From the NCBI RefSeq assembly GCF_965208055.1, contig NZ_CBDBNY010000004.1, positions 2,880,185 to 2,944,184 of the forward strand: DNA of 64,000 nt, written 5' to 3'. The notes under the pieces are model-generated. The model saw only the letters and a program-made list of their open reading frames with translations, did no database searches and had not been told where the DNA came from. This DNA is from Candidatus Palauibacter sp. Lineage in GTDB: Bacteria; Gemmatimonadota; Gemmatimonadetes; Palauibacterales; Palauibacteraceae. The position numbers and the translations under genes are program-made. Positions 36,650 to 46,113 of this stretch are shown in pieces. The first letter of the stretch is position 1. The number at the start of each line of letters is the position of its first letter.

Positions 36650-39544
36650 ATGACTCGGATCCTCCCCGCCCGCTTCCGGATGCTCGCGGGACTCGCCGCC
36701 CTTGGCGGTCTCACGCTCGTCCTTCCATCCCCCGCTTCCGCCCAGGACCGACCACTCGTCACCCCTGAAGACTACGGCCGCTGGGAGCGGCTCGGCGGCG
36801 CGGAGTTTTCACCGTCCGGTGACTGGATCGCCTACGTCGTCACCCGGGTGGACGAGAAGTCGGAACTGCGCGTGCGCAAGGTCGCAAAGGACTCCGTCCG
36901 GGTCTTCCCGTGGGGCTCGGCGCCGCGGTTCTCCCCCGACGGGCGCTGGTTGAGCTGGACCGTCGGTCTGCCGCCGGAGGAACGGGAGCGGCTCGAAGAG
37001 AGCGACGAACCGATCCGTGAGAAGGCCTCGCTGATGGATCTGCACACCGGCGAGACGCGCGAGTTCGACGCGGTCTCCGAGCCGCGCTTCGACGCCTCCG
37101 GCAGGTTCCTGGCGCTGCGCGGCTACGCGCCGGATGAGCCCGCGGGCAAGGGCGCCGATGTCCGCATCGTCACGCTCGCCACGGGAACGGAGACCAGCTT
37201 CGGCAACGTGACCGAGATGGCCTGGAGCTCGGCCGGATCCCTGCTCGCGCTCGCCATCGCGACCGGCGCCGATGTGGGCAACGGCGTGCAGGTGTACGAC
37301 GCGGGCGCGGGTACGCTGCGTTCCGCCGACGCCTCCGGTTCCGCCTACCGGAGCCTGAGTTGGCGCGATGATTCCGCGGACCTGGCCGTCCTCCGCTCCC
37401 GCGAAGCCGCTTCCGCCGACGGCACGGCCTACGATGTTCTGGCCTGGCGCGACCTGGACCGACGCGTCGAGACACTGGTCCTCGGCGCGGGCACCGCCGG
37501 CATCCCGGACACGCTCGAGGCTGTCCGGCACCGCGCCCCCGCCTGGTCGGACGATGGCCGCATGATCTCCCTGGGGCTGCGGCCGATCGAGCAGGAAGCG
37601 GACGAAGATCCCGCCGACGATGCCGGCGACGGCGCGGAGAACGAGCCGGGAGCCGCCCCGTCCGACGACCCGGAGAACGCGGACCCGGACGCCGACGACG
37701 CCCCGACCGACGACGCCGAACCCGACCTCCCGGACCTGCAAATCTGGCATACCGGCGATGTCCGCCTCTTCCCGGAGCAGCGGGTCTCGGAGGGGCGCGA
37801 CGACACGCGATCGCTGCTGGCCGTCTGGCGCCTCGACGAGGATCGCGCCGTCGTCCTCGGATCCGACCTCATGGGCTCCGCTCAACTCCTGCACGGCTGG
37901 AAGTACGCGCTCGAGGACATCGACGAACCCTACCCGTGGGGCGCGATGTTCGGCCGTCCGTACCACGATGTGCGGGCCATCGACGCGGACACCGGCGAGC
38001 GCCGCCGACTCCTCACCCGCGTGCGCTACGAGTGGCCGAGCGCGGGCGGCGACTGGCTGATTTCGTGGGATGGCTCCGCCTACCACAGCCTCCACATCGC
38101 CACGGGCGCCACGCACGACCTCACGTCAGCGTTGGCCGCCGACTTCGCCGACACGGACTACGACACGCCCACGGACGTCATCCCCCCGCACGGTTTCGGC
38201 CCCGGCGGCTGGCTTGAGGGCGACGCCGCCGTCCTGCTCTACGACGAACACGACGTCTGGCGCGTGGCGCCCGATGGCTCGGGGGGCGAGCGGCTCACGC
38301 GCGGCGCGGAGACGGGGATCACCCACCGACTGACCCGCGTGACGGACGACGACAATGAGCCCGGTTTCGACCCCGACGCGCGCCCTTACCTGTCCCTCTA
38401 CAACGAGAAGACGGAAGAGCGCGGCTACGCCCGCTTCACGACCGGCTGGGCCAGCGCCCGCGACCGGGATTCGGCCGAGACCCTGGTCCTGGAGGACGCC
38501 TACGTGCGCGGACTCGAACGCGCCGACAGCGCCGACGTGCTGTTCTACCGCGCCGAGCGCTTCGACGACCCGCCGGACTACTTCGCGGCGGGGCCCGGCC
38601 TCGCCGACCCCGCGCGGGTGACCGGGATCAACCCCTTCATCGACGAGGTGGCGTGGGGCCGCGCGGAACTGGTCGACTTCGTGAGCGAATCGGGTCGCGA
38701 CCTCCAGTTCGTCCTCCTTCTCCCCGCGAACTACGAGGAGGGCGGTGCCGTCCCCACGATCGTGTACACCTACGAGATCCTCTCCCCGCAGATGCACCTC
38801 TTCGAGGTCCCCAGCGAGCGGGACTACTACAACTACACCGCCTGGACCCAGCACGGGTACGCGGTGCTGCTGCCGGACATCGTGTACCGGGCGCGGGATC
38901 CGGGCGTGAGCGCGCTGGAGTCCGTGCGCGCGGCGGTGGCGAAGGCCGTCGAGATGGGGGTGACGGACCCGGACGCGGTCGGGCTCATCGGGCACTCGTG
39001 GGGCGGCTACCAGGCGACGTTCCTGCCCACCCGGACCGACATCTTCGCGGCTTCCGTGGCCGGCGCGCCGCTCACCGACTTCGTGAGCTTCATGGGCCAG
39101 TTGCACTGGAACCCGGGCATCGCCGAACTGAGCCACTGGGAGACCGGCCAGGCGCGCATGGAGGTGCCGTTCTGGGAGGACCCGGACGCGCACCGCCGGA
39201 ATTCGCCGATCCACGAGGTCCACCGCATGGAGACGCCGCTGCTGATGGCCTTCGGCGACGAGGACGGCGTGGTGGACTGGGACCAGGGGACCGAGTTCTT
39301 CAACTTCGCCCGCCGCGCCGGAAAGCAGATGGTGCTCCTGGTCTACGAGGGGGAGGACCACGGTTTCCGTGACGAGGCGAACCAGAAGGACTACCACCGC
39401 CGCATCCTCGAGTGGTTCGGGCACTACCTGAAGGGCGAGCCGGCGCCGGCGTGGATTACGGACGGCGTGCCGCTGGACGGGCTGGAAGAGGAGAAGAAGC
39501 GGGTGGCCGGGACCGGTACCGAATGCGGTAGCAGGGATTTCTGA
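36650..39544 (+). CDS. S9 family serine peptidase with an N-terminal beta-propeller, secreted.
   Basis: Signal peptide MTRILPARFRMLAGLAALGGLTLVLPSPASAQ. Catalytic-Ser motif GHSWGGY, ...DEDGVVDW (Asp) and EGEDHGF (His). Confidence 0.8.
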   Translation: MTRILPARFRMLAGLAALGGLTLVLPSPASAQDRPLVTPEDYGRWERLGGAEFSPSGDWIAYVVTRVDEKSELRVRKVAKDSVRVFPWGSAPRFSPDGRWLSWTVGLPPEERERLEESDEPIREKASLMDLHTGETREFDAVSEPRFDASGRFLALRGYAPDEPAGKGADVRIVTLATGTETSFGNVTEMAWSSAGSLLALAIATGADVGNGVQVYDAGAGTLRSADASGSAYRSLSWRDDSADLAVLRSREAASADGTAYDVLAWRDLDRRVETLVLGAGTAGIPDTLEAVRHRAPAWSDDGRMISLGLRPIEQEADEDPADDAGDGAENEPGAAPSDDPENADPDADDAPTDDAEPDLPDLQIWHTGDVRLFPEQRVSEGRDDTRSLLAVWRLDEDRAVVLGSDLMGSAQLLHGWKYALEDIDEPYPWGAMFGRPYHDVRAIDADTGERRRLLTRVRYEWPSAGGDWLISWDGSAYHSLHIATGATHDLTSALAADFADTDYDTPTDVIPPHGFGPGGWLEGDAAVLLYDEHDVWRVAPDGSGGERLTRGAETGITHRLTRVTDDDNEPGFDPDARPYLSLYNEKTEERGYARFTTGWASARDRDSAETLVLEDAYVRGLERADSADVLFYRAERFDDPPDYFAAGPGLADPARVTGINPFIDEVAWGRAELVDFVSESGRDLQFVLLLPANYEEGGAVPTIVYTYEILSPQMHLFEVPSERDYYNYTAWTQHGYAVLLPDIVYRARDPGVSALESVRAAVAKAVEMGVTDPDAVGLIGHSWGGYQATFLPTRTDIFAASVAGAPLTDFVSFMGQLHWNPGIAELSHWETGQARMEVPFWEDPDAHRRNSPIHEVHRMETPLLMAFGDEDGVVDWDQGTEFFNFARRAGKQMVLLVYEGEDHGFRDEANQKDYHRRILEWFGHYLKGEPAPAWITDGVPLDGLEEEKKRVAGTGTECGSRDF

Positions 39545-40690
39545 ATGGACAGGGAAGCCGGTTTCGATGTCCGGAAGGATTTTCGGCGCTTCTCGCAGAG
39601 GGACGACATCTTCTGCCGCTCGTTCTGGGACCCGGAGGTGCGTACGCACCGCTCGGACATGTTCTACGAGACGTACCGCACGCCGAAGCTGACCTGGCGT
39701 TCCGTCGACGGCTTCACGCAGCGTGACTACGCGCTGCGCAACGCGTCCTGGCACGTGACGGACGTCTTCGCCGAACTGCGTGACGGCGAAGACCGTCGCG
39801 AGGGCTTTCTGGATCCGTACACCACCGTTCGCGAGGGCCCGGGCAGCACGCCGCCGGTGGCGTCTCCCGAGGAGATGGCGCGCGAGATCAAGCACGCCGC
39901 CAAGACCCTGGGCGCCGATCTGGTGGGGATCACCGGCAACGACGAGCGGTGGCTCTACACGCATGCCTACAGCCGCGAAAACGAGCACGAGAAACCGCAG
40001 GAGATCTCCACCGATCTCGAAACCGTGATCGTGATCGCGCAGTCCATGGACCGGGAACTGCTGCGGACGGCGCCCTCCGCGCTGAGCGGCGCCGCGACGG
40101 GCGCCACCTACTCCCGGGATACCATCGTGCTGCTGGCCATCGCGCAGTACATCACCAATCTCGGCTATCGCGCCGTGGCCAGCATGAACGACTCGGCGCT
40201 CGCCATCCCGCTCGCCATCAAGGCCGGGCTGGGCGAATACGGGCGCCACGGTCTCCTCATCACCCGCGAGTACGGCCCCCGGGTCCGGCTCGGCAAGGTC
40301 TTCACCGACATGCCGCTCGCCCGCGACAGGCCCGCCGGATTCGGCGTGAAGGAGACGTGCGACATCTGCCGCGCGTGCACGAACGGCTGCCCCGCGGGGG
40401 CGATCGCCGACGGTGAGCCGTCCACCCTGGTCCACAACCGGTCGAACATCCAGGGCATCCGAAAATGGACCACGGATGCCGAGAAGTGCTTCCGATTCTG
40501 GGCCAACCAGAACACCGACTGCTCGATCTGCGTGCGCGTCTGTCCCTACAACCGCGACTATCGCCGCCGATGGAGTCGAGTGTGGCGCTGGATGGCCGGG
40601 ACGCGGCTCAGGCGACTCGCGCTCTGGCTGGACTCCATCGGTGGACGCGGCGAGCGCCTGAGACCCGCCCATTGGTGGAGCGCCGCGTGA
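39545..40690 (+). CDS. Reductive dehalogenase (RdhA)-family cobalamin/Fe-S protein with no Tat signal (catabolic type).
   Basis: The ATG sits immediately after the S9 stop (TGAATG). GPRVRLGKVFTDMPLARDRPAGFGVKETCDICRACTNGCPAGAI...HNRSNIQGIRKWTTDAEKCFRFW...CSICVRVCP parallels PceA-type RdhA C-termini (CxxCxxCxxxCP and CxxCxxxCP). Confidence 0.6.
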   Translation: MDREAGFDVRKDFRRFSQRDDIFCRSFWDPEVRTHRSDMFYETYRTPKLTWRSVDGFTQRDYALRNASWHVTDVFAELRDGEDRREGFLDPYTTVREGPGSTPPVASPEEMAREIKHAAKTLGADLVGITGNDERWLYTHAYSRENEHEKPQEISTDLETVIVIAQSMDRELLRTAPSALSGAATGATYSRDTIVLLAIAQYITNLGYRAVASMNDSALAIPLAIKAGLGEYGRHGLLITREYGPRVRLGKVFTDMPLARDRPAGFGVKETCDICRACTNGCPAGAIADGEPSTLVHNRSNIQGIRKWTTDAEKCFRFWANQNTDCSICVRVCPYNRDYRRRWSRVWRWMAGTRLRRLALWLDSIGGRGERLRPAHWWSAA

Positions 40691-40762
40691 TGCGGTTGGC
40701 CGCCCCCGGGGTGATCGTGCCGCACGTTGACGGGTTTACGGTAATACAGCTATCATGGCGCC

Positions 40763-41029
40763 ATGAAGGCGACCATTGATATTCCGGATGACCTGTACCG
40801 ACAAGTCAAGTCGGAGGCGGCACTGCGGGGCTTGACCATTCGCGAAGTCACCACGGGACTCTATCGGCGCTGGTTGAGCGAGGACGAAGGCGCGGAGACC
40901 CGCGAGGCACCCAACGCATGGCTGCGCTCCTGGCTCGATGCGGCCGACGAAGCGCTCAAGCGTGCGCCCGGGGGCCCATCGGCGAGGGAAGAGCTGGCCG
41001 CCGACCGGAACCGGTTGGGAGCCGAGTGA
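40763..41029 (+). CDS. vapB: Type II antitoxin (VapB-like, AbrB/RHH-type).
   Basis: 88 aa, MKATIDIPDDLYRQVKSEAALRGLTIREV.... The stop overlaps the toxin start (GTGA). Confidence 0.6.
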   Translation: MKATIDIPDDLYRQVKSEAALRGLTIREVTTGLYRRWLSEDEGAETREAPNAWLRSWLDAADEALKRAPGGPSAREELAADRNRLGAE

Positions 41030-41448
41030 CGACGCTGGTCATTGACGCCAGCGTGTGGGTGTCGGCGGCAGACGCGACCGATGGATTTTCCGAGTCGAGC
41101 CGAGCCTTTCTCTCCCTGGTGGTGGAACGGGAACTCCCGGTTTCTCTCCCGGAGCTGGCGAAGCTGGAGATCGCCTGCGCGCTCGCGCGGAGGCTGCGCG
41201 ACGCCGAGCGCGGACGGAACCTGGCTGATCAAATGCTGGGTTCTCCGCTGGTCACCGTGTACTCATCGAACCGGGCGATGCTCCAACGGGCCCTCGAGGT
41301 CGGCACCCGAGGTTTTCTGCGCTCCGGGGACGCTCTCTACGCCGCCCTCGCCGATTGGCTGGGTGCCGAGGTCGTGTCGTGGGATGGCGAGCTGATCGAT
41401 CGGGCCGGGGCTTTCCCTCCCACCGACTGGATCGAACGGAACGCGTAG
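41026..41448 (+). CDS. vapC: PIN-domain ribonuclease toxin VapC.
   Basis: VTTLVIDASVWVSAADATD...GDALYAALADWLGAEVVSWDGEL carries PIN acidic residues. GTG start. Confidence 0.7.
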   Translation: MTTLVIDASVWVSAADATDGFSESSRAFLSLVVERELPVSLPELAKLEIACALARRLRDAERGRNLADQMLGSPLVTVYSSNRAMLQRALEVGTRGFLRSGDALYAALADWLGAEVVSWDGELIDRAGAFPPTDWIERNA

Positions 41449-41456
41449 GAGAGAGA

Positions 41457-42443
41457 ATGTCGGAGTCCGGCCACGACAGCACGACGACCGCCGGGGGGCG
41501 CGACTGTCCGAACTGTGGGCGCGAGCGGCCGGAGAGCTTCTGCGCGGGGTGCGGGCAGAGCGACCGGCACTACGCCCGTTCGCTCGGCTCCGTGGCTCTC
41601 GAGTTTCTGCGCGAGATGTTCGAGCTGGATTCCCGGCTCTTCCGCACGCTGAAGCTTCTCTTCTTCAGGCCCGGCAGCCTCACCCGGGAGTTCTCGCGCA
41701 ACCGGCGGGTCAGCTTCGTGTCGCCCGTGAGGCTCTACATCTTCGCCAGCTTCGTCTTCTTCCTCCTGCTGTCGCTGTTCGGAGACTTCGGGGAAGTGGT
41801 CGTGACGGGCATGACCGAGGAGGACCGGGAAAATGCCGCAACCCAGCTCTCCGACGCCGTCACCCGGCCACCGACTGAAGAGCGCCTCGCGGCCTTCACG
41901 GCGGCACTACCGCCGGAACAACGGAGGAAGGCCGACGACATTCTCCGTCGCTCGGAAGAGGATTTCGGGAGACAAGTCGTCCTTTCCGCGGCCGAGGAGG
42001 ACTTCGAGGAGCGGAACTGGATCGCGCGGTTCATGGTGATGGCCGCGATCGACATCTTTCACGATCCCTCGGTTGTCCGCCGGCGCCTCCTCGCGAACAT
42101 GCCGATCGCGATGTTCTTCGTGCTGCCGGTCCTCGGGCTGGTCCTCGCCGTCTTCCATTTTCGGAGGAAGCGCTTCTACGTGGAGCACCTGGTCTTCGCC
42201 ATCCATGTCCAGACCTTCACGTTTCTCATCTACGCGGTCGCGCTCCTGCTCCCGGACTCGGGGCTGGGCGGCTGGGTCCGTGCGGGCTGCCTGCTGATTC
42301 CGTACCCCTACTTCGTCATCGCCCTCCGGCGCTACTACGAGAACGGCTGGGTACTGACGGTGGCGAAGTCGGTCGGCGTGTACGTGCTCTATTCACTGGT
42401 GCTGCTTCCCGCGTTTGTGATCTCGATTGTCGTGACCGGGTAG
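41457..42443 (+). CDS. DUF3667-like membrane protein with an N-terminal zinc-ribbon.
   Basis: GGAGAGAG RBS. CPNCGRERPESFCAGCGQ (CxxC...CxxC) followed by 5-6 TM helices. Confidence 0.5.
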   Translation: MSESGHDSTTTAGGRDCPNCGRERPESFCAGCGQSDRHYARSLGSVALEFLREMFELDSRLFRTLKLLFFRPGSLTREFSRNRRVSFVSPVRLYIFASFVFFLLLSLFGDFGEVVVTGMTEEDRENAATQLSDAVTRPPTEERLAAFTAALPPEQRRKADDILRRSEEDFGRQVVLSAAEEDFEERNWIARFMVMAAIDIFHDPSVVRRRLLANMPIAMFFVLPVLGLVLAVFHFRRKRFYVEHLVFAIHVQTFTFLIYAVALLLPDSGLGGWVRAGCLLIPYPYFVIALRRYYENGWVLTVAKSVGVYVLYSLVLLPAFVISIVVTG

Positions 42444-42470
42444 GCCTTACTTCGACGGTGTACGCGGGAG

Positions 42471-43766
42471 CTACGCCGGGCCCACCAGTTCGAGGGCCGT
42501 CAGCGCGAGGGCCTGCGTGCACGCCACGAGATCGTCGACCGCGCAGGACTCGTCCGGCTGGTGGGCCTCCTCGAGGGGGCCGGGGCCGTAGGCCACGCAG
42601 TGCTCGATGCCGGCGATGCGGGCGAGGTGCTTCTGGTCGTAGGTGCCGGGGCTCGCCACGAGTTCCGGAGGACGGCCGATGACCGTCTCCACCGCCCGGG
42701 ACAGGGCGGCCACGAGCGGCGAGCCGGGCGGCGCGGAGGTGGGGTGCACGATCATGCGCTCCTCGATCGTGAAGCGGCGTTCCGGGTCGTCGCCCTCCAC
42801 CGACGCGACCAGGCGCGCGATTTCGGCGCGGACCTCGTCGAACGGCTCCTCCGGGATGAAGCGGCGGTCGAAGGTGGCCGCGCAGCGGTCGGCCACGCAC
42901 GGCGACTGGGTCGCCTCGCCGGACTGCCCGCCGGTGATCGCGTTGACGTTCAGCGAGGGACGGCGGGAGGGTTCCGGCACGACGGGCAGGGCGGAGAGAC
43001 GCGTCGCGAGGTCGGGGGCGAGCCGGGTTCGGAAGGCTTCCAGCAGGGCGCCCATGTCATCGATGGCGCTGCGGCCGAGGTGGCTCATGCTGCCGTGGGC
43101 CGTGTGGCCGTGTGCGACGACGTCGAACCAGTAGACGCCCCGGTGCCCCACGCACACGCGACCGGGCCCGAACGGCTCCGGGATGATGGCGTAGCGGGTG
43201 TCGTCGCTGGAGATGACCCCGGCCTCGCACAGGTGCGCGACCCCCGCGAACCCGCCGCTCTCCTCGTCGACCGTCGCACTGATGTCCACGGCGCCCTCGA
43301 GTTCGATCCCGGCGCGCCGCAACGCCTCGAGCGCGAAGACCGCGGCGGCGATCCCGGACTTCATGTCCGACGCCCCCCGCCCGTAGATGCGGCCCTCGCG
43401 CACCACGCCCGCGAACGGGTCGACCGTCCACCCGTCCCCCGGCGGGACCACGTCGAAGTGGCCGTTCAGGTGGAGCCGCGGACGTCCCGGAAGGGCGGCC
43501 CCCCGCCCCACCACATTCACTCGCGGGTGGTCGGCGGTATGCTCCGGGCGCCCCTCCGCCTCCACGTACTCGACCGCCAGGCCCGTCGCCCCGAGCCGCC
43601 GCCCGATCAGTTCGGCGCAGTCCCGGTAGCACTCCCCGGGGGGATTCACCGTGGGGATCCGGATCATCTCCGCCGTGAAGACCACGATCTCGTCGCGGGC
43701 GGCCTCCACTTCGGCGAGGACCCGGTCCTCCCGGCGCGTGCCGGCTGGTGGGTTTACGTGGTGCAT
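42471..43766 (-). CDS. M20 family metallopeptidase (ArgE/DapE/acetylornithine deacetylase-like).
   Basis: Start MHHVNPPAG. HLNGHFDVVP, GRGASDMKSG and TVDEESGG are M20 metal-binding motifs. Confidence 0.75.
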   Translation of the reverse strand: MHHVNPPAGTRREDRVLAEVEAARDEIVVFTAEMIRIPTVNPPGECYRDCAELIGRRLGATGLAVEYVEAEGRPEHTADHPRVNVVGRGAALPGRPRLHLNGHFDVVPPGDGWTVDPFAGVVREGRIYGRGASDMKSGIAAAVFALEALRRAGIELEGAVDISATVDEESGGFAGVAHLCEAGVISSDDTRYAIIPEPFGPGRVCVGHRGVYWFDVVAHGHTAHGSMSHLGRSAIDDMGALLEAFRTRLAPDLATRLSALPVVPEPSRRPSLNVNAITGGQSGEATQSPCVADRCAATFDRRFIPEEPFDEVRAEIARLVASVEGDDPERRFTIEERMIVHPTSAPPGSPLVAALSRAVETVIGRPPELVASPGTYDQKHLARIAGIEHCVAYGPGPLEEAHQPDESCAVDDLVACTQALALTALELVGPA

Positions 43767-43820
43767 ACCCCTACATTGTGTCGCGCCCTGCACCACACGA
43801 AACCCTGCCCGAGAATCTCC

Positions 43821-44609
43821 ATGACCCAGATGTTCAGCCTGGAAGGACGCACCGCCGCGATCGTCGGAAGCGGCTCCGGCATCGGCGAGGCCGTCGCGAT
43901 CGGGTGCGCGGAGGCGGGAGCGTACGTGTCCTGCCTCGACATCGATGCGGACGCCGCGGCCCGCACGGCGGCGACCATCCGCGCGACGGGGGGCGAGGCC
44001 GACTCCGCCCGCCTCGACATCCTGGACGGCGCGGCGATCACCGGCGCGTTCGCGGACATCACGACGGCCCGCGGGTCCCTCGACGTCGTGGCCTGCACCC
44101 CCGGCGTGAACGTGCGCAAACCCCTCCTCGACTACACCGATGAGGAGATCGACCGCGTGCTGGGCCTCAACCTCAAGGGCGGCGCCCACGTCATTCAGTC
44201 CGCGGGCCGGATCATGAGCGCTCAGGGATCGGGGTCCATCATCCTCTTCAGTTCCATCCGGTCGGTCGTGGTCGAGCCCGGGCAGAGCATGTACGCCGCC
44301 ACCAAGGCGGGGATCGTGCAACTGGTGCGCACCGCCGCGGCCGAACTCGGGCCCCGCGGGGTGCGGGTCAACGCGGTCGCGCCGGGCGTCATCGACACGC
44401 CGCTCACGGCCCCGATCAAAGGCCGCCCGGACTGGTACGGCGCCTACGCCGCGCGCAACATCCTCAACCGCTGGGGCAGCGCCGCGGAGATGGCCGGCCC
44501 CACGGTCTTCCTCGCCTCGGACGCCGCCAGCTACGTGACCGGGACGGTCCTGTTCGCCGACGGCGGCTGGACCGCCATCGATGGGCGGTACACGCCGCCG
44601 TCAGGCTGA
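43821..44609 (+). CDS. SDR family oxidoreductase.
   Basis: IVGSGSGIGEAVA (Rossmann), the catalytic motif S..YAATK, and PGVIDTP. Confidence 0.8.
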   Translation: MTQMFSLEGRTAAIVGSGSGIGEAVAIGCAEAGAYVSCLDIDADAAARTAATIRATGGEADSARLDILDGAAITGAFADITTARGSLDVVACTPGVNVRKPLLDYTDEEIDRVLGLNLKGGAHVIQSAGRIMSAQGSGSIILFSSIRSVVVEPGQSMYAATKAGIVQLVRTAAAELGPRGVRVNAVAPGVIDTPLTAPIKGRPDWYGAYAARNILNRWGSAAEMAGPTVFLASDAASYVTGTVLFADGGWTAIDGRYTPPSG

Positions 44610-44670
44610 GTTGGACCCTACCGTGATCGCCGGTATTCGACCGCGCGTAACCTTCTTCCGGGAGAAGAAC

Positions 44671-45342
44671 ATGGACGACGCCAATCGGGCGACCGGCGAA
44701 GACACAGGCTCGCACGCCGGGTTCCGCGACCCGACCGTGCTCACGAAGTGGACGCGGATCTTTCTCTACGCGGGCATCGCGGTGGCGCTCGTGTCGGCAT
44801 GGGAGGTTGCCGGCGGCCTGCAGGTGGGCGGAGGCGAGGGATCGCGGGAGGGCCGGACGCCAGGCGCGATCATCTGGCTCATCGCGGAAATCGCGATCGG
44901 GCTCACCACCGCGATCCTCGTGCTCGCGTGGATCTTTCGCGCCAATCACAATGCCAGGCAACTGGGCGCGGCCGACATGCACTTCACGCCGGGATGGGCG
45001 GTCGGATGGCATTTCGTGCCGATCGCGTGGTTCTGGAAACCGTACCAGGCGATGAGAGAGATCTGGCGTGCCTCCGTGAATCCTTCCGACTGGCGCGCGG
45101 TGCCCGTATCGCCTCTGCTGCCCTGGTGGTGGGGCCTGTGGATCGTGACGTCCTGGGTCCCGGACATCGTGGATTGGGCGGCGAGCGGCCGTCTGGACGA
45201 GGCGGGCGCGGAGACCCTGGAGGCGGCCACCGCACTGGCCGGCCGGGTGCTGGAGATTCCGCTGGCCCTCGTTCTCCTGATCATCATCGGAGCCGTCAGC
45301 CGGATGCAGGCCGCACACTACCGGAGCCGAAGAGAGGCTTGA
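44671..45342 (+). CDS. DUF4328-like membrane protein.
   Basis: Four TM helices. A W-rich stretch ...VPIAWFWKPYQAMREIWRAS...LLPWWWGLWIV. Confidence 0.5.
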   Translation: MDDANRATGEDTGSHAGFRDPTVLTKWTRIFLYAGIAVALVSAWEVAGGLQVGGGEGSREGRTPGAIIWLIAEIAIGLTTAILVLAWIFRANHNARQLGAADMHFTPGWAVGWHFVPIAWFWKPYQAMREIWRASVNPSDWRAVPVSPLLPWWWGLWIVTSWVPDIVDWAASGRLDEAGAETLEAATALAGRVLEIPLALVLLIIIGAVSRMQAAHYRSRREA

Positions 45343-45356
45343 CCACGGAACCCGAG

Positions 45357-45779
45357 CTAAGGGATTCGCCAGAGTCTCAAAGACGAAATGCCTCCCGCTC
45401 TCGAGGCGCGACGGACATACCGTTCGTCCGCTGTCACGAACACACCCCCGAGGCCGAGGGCCACGGCATGGTACGCCGCGTCGTAGAAGGCGACTCCGTA
45501 CGTCACGGAAAGAGACACGGCGCGGGTTCTCCACCTGGCGTCCAGCCGCGCCTCGGTCAGGCCGAAATCGGCCAGCGATGCCAGTAGTTCGTCGGCATCA
45601 TCGGGAAACCGTCTCGCCAGCGTGTTGCCCACCTCGTAGATCCAGAGCTGAGGAACGACCAGATCAAGGGTTCCGGCGACCGCTTCGGCACGCAATGCGA
45701 GTGCGACGTCCGTGTCCTGCTCGTCGTCGCCCGGAAGAACCCATTTGAGGAGAACCGATGCGTCGGGCGTTACGATCAC
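45357..45779 (-). CDS. PIN-domain toxin (VapC-like).
   Basis: VIVTPDASVLLKWVL...YDAAYHAVALGLGGVFVTADERY. The GTG start overlaps the upstream antitoxin stop (GTGA). Confidence 0.6.
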   Translation of the reverse strand: MIVTPDASVLLKWVLPGDDEQDTDVALALRAEAVAGTLDLVVPQLWIYEVGNTLARRFPDDADELLASLADFGLTEARLDARWRTRAVSLSVTYGVAFYDAAYHAVALGLGGVFVTADERYVRRASRAGGISSLRLWRIP

Positions 45780-46009
45780 GACAGCCGCCGCTCCCGCCCC
45801 TCCCGTATCCATCGGACGATCTGGTCCGTTTCGACCACGGGTAACCGTGCGCGGAGCGCATCCATCCGGGCGGAGGCGTCCCGCTTGGCGGAAGTGCCCG
45901 ACCACTCCCGGATCGCGGCGTTGACGGCACGGCTGCGAGTGCCGCGCGGCAGCCTCCGGATCACACGCCACGAGTCCTCGTCCATCATGATGTTGACGCG
46001 TCGAGCCAT
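45776..46009 (-). CDS. Ribbon-helix-helix (CopG-like) antitoxin.
   Basis: MARRVNIMMDEDSWRVIRRLPRGTRSRAVNAAIREW..., 77 aa, immediately upstream of the PIN gene. Confidence 0.55.
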   Translation of the reverse strand: MARRVNIMMDEDSWRVIRRLPRGTRSRAVNAAIREWSGTSAKRDASARMDALRARLPVVETDQIVRWIREGRERRLS

Positions 46010-46113
46010 CTCACCCTCGGTCAGGGTTTTTTGGGGTGGTGTGTAAAGGTTACACACCACCGCGCTTGTGGCAAGCGGCGCGGTGGACTCTGGAGACATG
46101 GGATCTCCCTGCG

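Noticed and set aside
36809-40672. Minus ORFs of 435 and 848 aa.
   Set aside because: Antisense to the S9 peptidase and RdhA-like genes, with Arg/Gly-rich composition.
42561-43820. Upstream 420 codons of the 682-aa plus ORF.
   Set aside because: Antisense to the M20 peptidase. Only the SDR at the 3' end (43821-44609, own ATG) is real.
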